Assembly (NCBI GenBank): GCA_051362555.1
Contig: CM120642.1
Coordinates: 2,852,001 to 2,916,000 of the forward strand
Direction of reading: 5' to 3'
Source: Lingula anatina
Taxonomy: Eukaryota > Animalia > Brachiopoda
DNA length: 64,000 nt
The notes under the pieces were generated by a model. That model made no database searches. It saw nothing but the letters and a program-made list of their open reading frames with translations, and was not told the origin of the DNA. The translations under genes were made by a program, and so were the position numbers. Shown piece by piece: positions 54,087 to 64,000 of the stretch (within the stretch, counting starts at the first letter, position 1; every line of letters starts with the position of its first letter).

Positions 54087-54508
54087 TTATTTCCATTGTT
54101 TCCTTTTCAGCTTAACAGCGCCTATTACAACCGCTGGTTTAGAGTGATGCGTAAGGGAGCAATGGGCCTGACAGTGCGCCACCGTGGCTACTCCGACGAA
54201 TCCATCTTTACCGCTCAGACCACTCAGCAGAAGGTAATAAAACAGCGTTGGGGTAATTAAGCTGACAGCGTTGGGGTAATTAAGCTGTGGAATATAATCC
54301 TATATATAAAATCATGTGTATAATATTGAGTTATTCTATGTCCAGGTTGCTGGCATGCACCTGGATGCATGTAACGGCAGGGGGAAGAGCAGAGTGTGCG
54401 TCAACTACTACCAGAAATGGTCATACGCTGTACCTTTGTTTGTCACCTACCTCACCCCTCTGGGCCAGTGGAACCCGTACAACCTGAAGAAGCAAACCAG
54501 TAAGCAGA

Positions 54509-54541
<33 letters not shown>

Positions 54542-55358
54542 TTGCCAACAGCTACGTCCTCGTTGGAGAGAGAAAGTTCTATTCTGCATATTAGAAAAAC
54601 AGAAACTTTGCTTTCGATCACCTATTTTAAATATATAGACATAATTGCGATCAACGTATTTTTAATGTCAATTCATGATTTACATCTCACATATTTCAAA
54701 GTACTGGCCATAGCTGTTTGTTAGACTGATATATTTATAATTATAGATGACGCTACTGTGACTTCCGGTGGTCGTACAGGCGGGTTGTCCAGCACCAAGG
54801 CGTATAATGGTTACAGTGACCAGCACCTTTACCTTACACCTGCAGAATTCTTCTCAGCCCCTTCAGTAAGTATTTTCAATATACGATTAAGATATTGGCC
54901 ATATCTAATATAAACTTTGCCATTTTCAACTTGGTGCAAGGTGAGACTCTAAAAAGTGGTTTTACTTTGGGCCATCGGGTCCAAGATTTTTCTAATATTT
55001 TTACAAAGCTCATGGCGTTTCCAGTTTCATTCATCGATATCTCAGTGTGACAAATACTTATTATTGGCCTGAGTTTGTATCATTAATACATGCAGCTATG
55101 TTTATACGGGGTTTTCTTTACCCGCAGACCCCTGAAGACCCCATCAAGGGTGTCTTGGACGCTAAAGGAACCGTCAGGTCTGTACGCGCCAGCGGTCAGA
55201 GGTTCGTTTTCCCCGAGATACCTGGAGTACGGGGCAGAGTCCGCCAAACCTATCCTATCTTCCCAGTACACACTGACGGCAGCGTGGTCTCCAAGGAACT
55301 GGCCGCCTTGGTCGATATGGTCACCAAGAGTAACACTTTCGCTAATTTGTTTAAGTAA
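50373..55358 (+). CDS. Secreted protein of unknown function, complete, 558 aa, 12 coding exons
   Basis: Exons 50373-50375 (ATG only), 50769-50991, 51560-51759, 52086-52258, 52662-52727, 52913-53110, 53389-53486, 53704-53792, 54111-54233, 54346-54499, 54747-54865, 55128-55358. All GT-AG and in frame, 1677 nt. Signal peptide MARLIVLLLCLTASYA, a short coiled coil, then a globular region (AVLNGVEFR, EMREWF, CYLEGTW, WNYRIMCH, EEIPGLDNYPG, HRGYSD, YLTPLGQWNPYNL). TATATA near 50309. Confidence 0.88.
53516..53572. repeat. (GT)n-(CG)n microsatellite; further CA/GT tracts at 54047-54082 and 54510-54538
   Basis: Directly visible. Confidence 0.95.
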
Positions 55359-56709
55359 CCTTTTTTTAGCCGTAATGCAGAATTTATGGCACATCGGTTT
55401 ATTCTGTCATTTTGACTGTATTTCCTGAAATGATACATAAACAGTAAGTTGCAATTATTTTACTTGTTGTTTTATTATACATGCGTTTTGTTTCAAAAGT
55501 ATAATCGTACCACTTTGACTGCAAATAAGGAAAACTTGTAATACAGAGAACTAATATATTTATTTGTTAATTTATTCCAGACCTTGCATAGATATTTTAA
55601 ATAAATATGAATCCACGTGCATTTCAATTTTGGTTGAAAAACTTTTGTTCAGAGACAAACAAAATTGTTTCAAATCGAGCATGTCCATTTAAATATATAT
55701 GTTTATTTGTATTCCGTTTAAAGTGAAAAAAAAAACATTGCTACAATTCTTTATATTTACATGGACTGACGATGGCAATGTTTAGTAGATTAATTTCTCC
55801 TGTTTCACCTAACTCATGACGTAAATGATGTCGTAAATTGGTACTCGTGATAGTGCCGTTACGTCACCCAATCCTAGATTTTGACCTAAAACTCTAGAAA
55901 CTCAACATGGATGGTTTGAAACTAGTAACGACGATTTTAACTGACCTATTCGCCTTAGATAACCCTGTATTGGGGCCAGTGCCGTGACGATCTTGCGCTA
56001 AAGGATTTAGTTTATCTATGAGCCTGATTCTGGACTACCTTATTTCCAATTTCTCACTTAAGATAGGCCTAATCAGTGAGATGATTCCAATATAGGAAGG
56101 CATACAGTTTTGTATATCTGAAATTCGTCATCCCGGAAACTTGAAATACTTGCCTTGGAAGTTTTCCCTGTACATGATTGCGTCCATTTTAATAACACTA
56201 CACCGTGATGTATCTTGTGGGAAACTAACGAATGGAGATTCTTTCTACATTTTTCATGTGGGATCTTAGCCATTGTCTTTCTTAGCTACTAGTTGATCAC
56301 AGGGTCCGCGAGTAGTCTGTTACAAAATGGTCTTTTCTTCAATTTTGTGTGCTATATCAGAAGCCCCTGTATTATCAGAGGGTGTCTCTAACCATCTTAC
56401 AGTTAAACGAACCAGTCGAGAAACGTTAAAATATACGGTGGTCCGATTGCCCGATGAGCACGCGTAGTAGGCCTACTTTATTGATGATTTCCTGTCATGA
56501 GTTTTAATTCATATTATTTGTAATTAAATACATTCCCCTTTGTAATATCAATTAACTGGAAAAACATTTATTAATAAATCGCACGTTTATATTCACATGC
56601 TCACATTAAAATACCACTGATATCAGTCCAAATGTCATTTGTATTGCGGATATTGAGTATACGTATGATTTCCTGTCTCTATATGAACTGTTTCATAAAA
56701 ATAGAAAAG

Positions 56710-59700
56710 CTAAAACTCTTGTCTCAGTTCTGAATTGCTTGTTCCAGCAGCAAACTGCAGGCTTTCTTGTGCCAATAGGCGGCCAAAGTTTCTTGTCACT
56801 GGAAAAAAGGAACGAAATGTGCTGTTATGTTTAATGTAAAAAAATACGTTAAAAAGCAATAACAAATATTTCAAAACAAGCATTTTATACTATGTTTCAG
56901 ACCAATATAACAGAAGATGAGATGCTATGCGCATATTTCACTAATACAGTCCCCTGTTTAGCGCACAGAATGAGAGTCATGTAGACCCGAGTAAGAAACC
57001 AATTAACTATATGGTCAAGGAGAAGCCTAACGTAGATATTATCTGAATACGGTAAAATTGGGTTTTCATTATTTCTTGCGTTATTATGACGAAAAATATT
57101 ATTTCTGAATAGACTTCACTTGTCTTTTACCTATGAGGCGCGAGAGGTCATTTATGTGATCAAGTTCCTTTGAGAGAGAAATGTCAAAGAGCCATGTCTC
57201 CATCGGTAGAAAACACGTAAAGTCTCTTTAATTTGAAACCGATTTACCTACTTTTATATGTTATGTAAATACTTACACGAATGAGAACACACAACACCAA
57301 CATCACCGCTGTGATCGCACAGGTGCCTCCCCCACAGCCCGTGTCTGCAGTCCTTCAGCCACCTCTCAGCGCCTGTACACTGCACTTTACCTAGCCAAAT
57401 ATACCCACTGCCTTGGCCATAGTAGGCGTTGGATTTAGCGGTACCATTGTTGTAACCGAACTGTTTGCACGCCTGTTTTAAAACGAGAACGATGGATAGC
57501 ATAGTCAGGTAAAAATGGGCATTTGGCATTAACTATACGTAGATTAAAAACATGTTAGCACAAATTTGATAATAAACCACGTGTCCATGAAATTCTGATG
57601 TAGCCGTTGCGGTTGCCATATTAATAAATTCATATGACCGTTATCGCATGACAATGACTGGGCAATTTTATATGAACGTCAATTAATCACTGAACAACAA
57701 GTAGTTAGAAGTGATCAATGCTTACCACTTTGGCATCGGCGTCAGTCCAAGCGCTGTCACAGATGGATCCCCATTGACCATTGTGGAAGATTTCAACGCG
57801 TCCTAAGCAAACAATAAATATACACTCGGTAAGGTTTTTGATGTTTCGCTATTTCAAAATATGGTTTTCAAAAAGTTCGCCCGACCTTTCTAAATGTCAC
57901 AATCCACAGTTGTTTTGGCGATGCTATGGTGTTCATGAGATGTTAGTACACGGTTTTACCTGTGTTATCTACAATTCAAATATTAAATAAAAGTTGCACG
58001 ATTTAGACCACGAACCATTGGTGCACTTAGATCGTCAAAATAGCAACTATTATCATAAAACAAGTCTTAGCCTATCTGTAATATAAAACAAAGTCTCACC
58101 TTCCAGTTTGCCGCCACTTGTTGCCGCACTAAGAATATTGACGCTCTCAGTCGCTGACACGTGGTCTGCCAGGGACGGTTGCTGGTCTGCCAGAGACAAC
58201 TGTTGGTCTGCCAGCTCATACTGCCTCACAGAGGAATCTACAAGACGTTCCTCGGCTAGTGGCTCCACCTGGAGAGCAGGTTGGAGTTGAAGTGAAGCAC
58301 GTCGCCCTCGGCGGCCTCGTCTACGAGTGAACGTTGGATTAAGTAACACTGGGTTTGCTAATAAAGGAGCTGCAGTCGTAGTGGTGGTGGTGGTGGTGGC
58401 GCGGACGGCGGCAATAGGGGCCAGGTTGGCTGCAGGCTGATCCACTTGCAGACTGTGTATTGCCGTTGCCAATTCGTGGAACAAAAATCTGTTCGCTTTG
58501 AATCGGCTGTCCACTAGTCTCAAAGCGCCTTCCGCTGAAAGAAGACAAAGATGATACAGTGGTGAAATGTTTATTTCTACATTTCTAAAAGTCAGCCATG
58601 ACAATGATATAAATGAAAAACCGCGTGAATGATGTTACCTTGCAGTTACCAATGAGCGTCACTACAATTGTATAGGAGAGAATAATTTTCTATAAACCGA
58701 TAAAAACAAACTTGATAATTTAATTAAAATCTTTACTTCTCAAAATTAAGATTTTTTTTTTTTTTTTTGGGGGGGGGGGGAGAGTACAAACAAGCGTTAA
58801 ACAAATATTTAAGACCTAATCTTGGAAAAGTATTATATAATACCAAAAAGTTAAAATCGTGTATTTCAAACTCACATGGAATTTCACACTTGTCACCACT
58901 AAAACCTCGGTAACAGGAACATTTGCCAGTCTTCTGGATACACCTGCCGTTCGTACACTTACACTGTACTTTACAGTTGGGACCACCGGTGTTCGTAGGA
59001 CAGCCTAATGAAACAAATGTGCCCGCTTTACAAAATATATGCCGACTTAAAGGTATGTAACATGCAAAATGATTATACGATGACACATGTTAGTTGTTAA
59101 AATGAAAAAAATCGTCTCTTGCGTACAAGTTGCATTACGAAAAATTCTGAAATTTTTAGGAGTTTACACGCTTTGGCACACCTTTGTTATACCGTTCTCT
59201 ATATGTACTCTTTTTTTTCCATAAGGTGAACAGAAAAAAGGTATTTATTCTTACGCCTGCAAGACAAATCAGGCTTTATCTCGTAAATTCTTATGTATCC
59301 TTGTATTTCACTGTTCTTTTTATCTAATATACATGTACAACAATAAAGAAAAACAAAAAACCGCTCGACTATGTTAATGCGTAAGAAGTTATTAAATCTA
59401 AACTATACTCACGCCTGCAAGAGTTGTCTGAAGGTTTTCTGTAGTAACCTGGCTGACAGTTGTGGCACCGGTTACTGACGGGTATTGTAGAGTACGGTAA
59501 GTAAGAATTACACTGGAAAAGAAGAAGAAGAAATACCACCGTGATCCAAAGTGAAATAGGGTCAATGAAAAATACTAAGTCAGCTAAAGTGCAATCTATG
59601 AGAGAGCCATGGGATATTTAATTCCTTCTTCGTTTCGTCTTTCACGTGTATAATAGAGTGATATGTTCACCATACATGTATGAACCTAACGACCAGACTT

Positions 59701-62700
59701 GGGCAAAACATCACAAAACGTTGACGTTTGAACATTTATGACAAATAACCATTATACATTTTTACCCAGCCCCAAATCCTCAATCCATCCCTGCCTATAA
59801 AAAGAAACCTACAAAAAAAAAAAAAAAAAAAAAAAAAACCCACGCAAATCTACTTACTTTGACACAGTTGGTTCTTAGTGCGTTGCTGTATTCATCCGCA
59901 TCTTTGTTACACGTGTAAGCTCTGCCGTCTCCAGGACACATAGTGCCGACTGCACAGGGGGCACACTGATACACCCCATTTACTAGAAGATAAATATATA
60001 TCTACAATTATTTTCTATGTGTGATAATTGGGTTCATGAAACACCGAGGCCAGCAGAGTGATATCGTCAATTTCATGCACGAATTTTATTTTATTTCAAG
60101 TTTTGTTTCACTGCAGATTGGGTCACAAAGCCAGACGTGCTCTTTGAAGATGTCCAATAATAGCAACCGAGTATCTGCCACACAAGACGTACCTTCCTTG
60201 ATGTAGGTTCCTGATCTGCAGTTGGCACACTGTCCATTGATCTGGACACACTGGACGCATTGACCAGGAGTTGGGCCGGAACATGTGAAACCGTCCTCTT
60301 GTGGAATACATGCAGCATGACAAGCTGTAATGTAATAAAATATAGCCATTTATGATTATATATATATAGTGAAAGATACCCACACCAAACTATTTCTGGA
60401 CTTTTTAGAAAATTGCAGTTCAATGTTCATTTTCTTTTAGAACAAAGAGCATGTGATAATGCAAGAAATGTCGTGAAATGTTCAAGTACGTGCACTTTTA
60501 AACTGAAGCCATCTATCGGTGGCTTTAAATCTCATGTTGCCGTTTGGGACTGTTCCTCTTAAAGATACATATTCAGGATTAACTTATAAGATACTGATAG
60601 ATGCCCGTCATCGCGTAAAGTAAAATCTGTTGACTCCATCCTTCCTTCTAAGAACTTTCTCCCAAACATAAGTAAACTCACCTTTGCATTCACTGTGGTT
60701 CGCGCTGACAGAGTGTGGGTAGTAGTGAGCCGGGCAGGAGGCCAGACAGATCTCTGGTTCCCCGCTGGCGTACAGTTCACAGACACAGAGTGGTGATTCC
60801 ACAGAGGTATCTTCTGCAATATGACCCGCACTGCAAGCTTCCACGCATGCGCCGTCTTCAATATATTTACCTGGTAATAACGAAAAAGACCAACATGGTT
60901 TTAACAGTTAAACAGAGTACTTGTTGGGGATCTTAAATAAATAAATATAGCATCGCAATTTGTTATCTTTTACTATTTTTCTTTTACCATTTTTCTCTTG
61001 ATTCCTTTTCTTCGATTAGTCTGAGCCGATTATATCGTACAAAAACTCATTTTGGTTTACTTTACATAGAAATATAAGATAATTAGACCATTTTAAAACT
61101 TACATATGCACGTCTTATTCTGACTGTCCGGTTTGTGTGTGGGTGGACACTCGGACACACACGTGCCGTCCACTTGAAGATTGCGACAAGCGCGGCATTT
61201 TTTGTTGGAATCTGGCATGTGGCAGCCTGGTAACGAAACAATCAATGTGGGAATAATTCAACTGCATTTCAGCGTGTGAAAAAAATCAAATTGTTTACGA
61301 AAATAGCGAGTTGTTAAAATAAGTGCTTTGCTTTTAGGCAGTCAGTTTTCTAACGAAGTAACCTGTTGGCAGTTTTCCATTCTATGTTGATTGCCTGAAT
61401 GCTTTACTGAAAATTTGATTTAAAATATGGCATAAAACTGGCATACAATATCGCAGGTTAATAATGGAGAATTGTCAACCTTTGAAGTTCCGCTTGCATA
61501 AGATGTTTGTTTCAGGCATTTTAAATCAAGATTTTAAAAGTCCAATAATCATACCGGAACAAAAACGCGGTTATGCGATAAGAGACTCACCAATGCATTC
61601 AGGATGGCAGTGTTCCACACACGTGCCCTCAAAATCAATGGTATGTCCAGAGCAGACATGTTCTCCTGTAGCAGATGTGGGCAAGACGTGAGCGTCCATT
61701 ATGCTTAAAGGAGACTCGCCATTGCCAAACGCAAAGAAACGAACGTGGAGGGGTTCGTCGTGGTCTTCAAACACGGCGTAGACATGGCCTCTCTCCTACA
61801 ATGAAGAAATGGAAAAAACTGAAGTTAGATTTTGAAAACATTAGTAGACGTACTTTGAAAAGAAATTGTTCGCCGTAAAATGAGCAATGCTTCGCCATTT
61901 TCTAATGAAAACCTGAGTCAAATAAAAAGCAAAACTTTATTCTAATATTCAAGAATTTGTACATTATATTTCACTTTATCAAGTTTTTGTTTTAATCTAA
62001 ATGTGGGCGTTTGTAAGAAAAAGTACCAAGGCATTGAATAGAAAAGAAAAAGCCTCACTCTGTTATTTTCCGTCTTTCCATAGGTAATTGTCGTTTTCAC
62101 TCCTATTGTCTCTGCAACGCAAACGAAGTAAGACTCATACAGAGACGGATCTCCAAGACTCTTTGCGTTACTATGATCCACGAATTTCATCACCGTGGCA
62201 CCCTTATAGATGGCGACACCGTCTGGGCTAATTTGAACGTAGTACCATGTCTCGTAGTCACGCGGAATGGCGGAGAACACCACAAAGATGTCGCCCATTG
62301 ACACTGCGGTGAACGATATGCAGCTTCCACCGGCGACAATGGGGTTAAAACGATGTGCATTGGACCAGACCACGTTGCACGGGATAGTACCGACACCAAA
62401 CTCATTCCTGTAAAGAAGCAAAAGTTGAAAGTTCACTTTACATTGTATACGACAGAGAAGGCTATGGAATTTTTCTTTGAATTTTGCTAATGCAATGAAA
62501 AAAAACAAATGTCCATTATGCATACGTCATAAACTGACTAAAATGATTATCTCTTTTCATATAATTTCGACTAAAAGATGACTAGCAAAATGAAAGAACA
62601 GGGAAATAATGTCTCTTTAACCTATTGGCAAAATTAAACAAAAGAGACCTAAACAGGATAATCTTTATCTAACATTTGCGGGATGCCATACTGCAAACTT

Positions 62701-63973
62701 TTCTTTTCAACTATTAACGCTTTCTTAACGTCGAGCACTTGAGATATTACAGTGGCCTATCTAAAAAGTCTAACTCACTTATGTTGTTTAATCTCGTCCA
62801 CCATTGACGGGTATTCCACACGGGCAACAGTAAGGCCGTTCAGTGCCTCTGGTAAATCTGGATGTTTAAGTCGTGACGCGTTGAAGTCGTCTTCTGTCAC
62901 CGTCAACAGACCTGTCCTGTTGTTGTATGACATCACCAGTCCCCGAACTGAGATCTGTCAGGAAAAAAGACGTTAATGTACATTGTATAAAGCGAAGCAG
63001 ACGACACCAAAGAAAGATGTCGCAAAGCATAAGCCGTAAACCTTGCATATACCTACTCTGTACCAGAGGTCAGCTGAATGGTGACGTTAATTCTGTATAT
63101 ACAAATCATCGGTGGGCGCCACTTTTTAATTAGCCATCGTATTTGAAAGCAAATTTTACGGTATGAAAATAAATAATTAAGAAAGTGCGAAAAGAAAGTA
63201 CATCAAAAAGGAAAACAATAAGCCTACACTGCATTTTGCATAATATCCTTTTTTTATAAATCTGATTTTTTTTTTCGGCATAGTGGGAGCACTTTCCCCT
63301 GTATAACAATTTACTTACTTTTCTATTGTCTAGATCCCCGCTGCCGCCATTATTGGCCCCATCGTACAAGTGGGTAATGCCTGGACTGCTCTGGACGTAC
63401 CACTGCCGGGTACTAGAGCGATAGAACACAAGTAACGCCTCAGACGCACCTGCAGATAAAACAATTTTATTTACAATACATATCATAATCCAGAAAGGCA
63501 AATTTCGATGTATTACATGTGAGACGAGAAGACATCCATTTAGAATTGAGCAGAAAGTAAAAATCTTTTTAGAATTCTTTGTATTCAGAAGTATAACAAA
63601 GAACCCTCAGCCGATAACATCAATTTATCAACAAACCGTATCTTCACAGTGCCACAGACTCAAAACTCAACGCGAATTCTAAACTACGTCTTAAAGCTCA
63701 AAACATTAAAATAAATATAAAAAGCGTAAAAATTAAAATTATTTCCGAACCACCCTTTACATACATGTCTAGGGAGTGTTGTCCTGTGCACTCACCTACT
63801 ACACGCGCTAAATTAAAAGGCATGTCAAATATGACCCTGAACTTTGACCCGTCCGTCATGTGTTCCCACTGTGGAATTCTAATTTTCACACGTTTGTCCT
63901 CAAAAGACAGCCTGGAAGATTTACATCCTGCTCTGCCGGCTGGCAAGTCAATGTCGCTGCTGGGAATGACACC
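56710..63973 (-). CDS. 3' portion (at least 877 aa) of a large extracellular modular protein: FAMeT-like domain, furin-like Cys-rich repeats, EGF-like domain, interrupted group A SRCR domain
   Basis: Exons 63796-63973, 63319-63449, 62779-62954, 62059-62407, 61591-61795, 61104-61226, 60682-60870, 60193-60324, 59858-59982, 59413-59512, 58876-59004, 58100-58534, 57726-57802, 57277-57472, 56710-56798. All GT-AG and in frame, 2634 nt to TAG. Motifs: [10 protein letters not shown]...[10 protein letters not shown] (FAMeT-like, tentative); CHPECIGC, CVSECP, CHAAC...CSGPTPGQC (FU repeats); [15 protein letters not shown]...GFSGDKC (EGF); [16 protein letters not shown]...[14 protein letters not shown]...[11 protein letters not shown] (SRCR). 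The 5' end lies outside the window. Confidence 0.88.
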
Positions 63974-64000
63974 CTAAAATGTTCAAAAGATTGCATTTAG

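Noticed and set aside
54243-54286. Short tandem duplications (also 51007-51048, 32319-32410, 2524-2601, 9928-9957) as CRISPR-like repeats
   Set aside because: Only two or three copies, no spacers and an intronic eukaryotic context, so these are ordinary slippage duplications.
63765-63795. Alternative donor at 63765 extending the exon
   Set aside because: It gives phase 2, incompatible with the next exon. The AG|GTGAGT donor at 63796 restores the frame.

Overview
This is eukaryotic, AT-rich, intron-rich animal DNA, most consistent with a marine invertebrate and probably a mollusc or other lophotrochozoan (inference from gene content). Six protein-coding loci could be reconstructed by hand from splice sites. 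(1) The 5' end of a Slo2/KCNT sodium-activated K+ channel on the minus strand, with a canonical first exon at 18213-18313, exon 2 at 5453-5532 and an apparent alternative first exon at 11249-11298. (2) A complete FAM20B glycosaminoglycan xylosylkinase (+, 8 coding exons, 448 aa), head-to-head with KCNT across a few hundred bp. (3-4) Two tandem, single-coding-exon paralogues (559 and 384 aa, minus) sharing an N-terminal coiled coil, with disordered tails that carry candidate PKA sites and different candidate phosphatase-docking motifs. (5) A complete 12-exon secreted protein of unknown function (+, 558 aa). (6) The 3' part of a large modular extracellular protein (minus; FAMeT-like domain, furin-like Cys repeats, EGF, SRCR) whose SRCR domain is split by a ~130-aa insert with a polybasic, furin-type site. 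Introns hold many fold-back MITEs with 3-bp flanks (PIF/Harbinger-like), a nested pair of TIR elements with 5-bp TSDs, and microsatellites. No rRNA, tRNA or CRISPR feature was recognised. All family assignments come from recognising motifs by eye, not from database searches.
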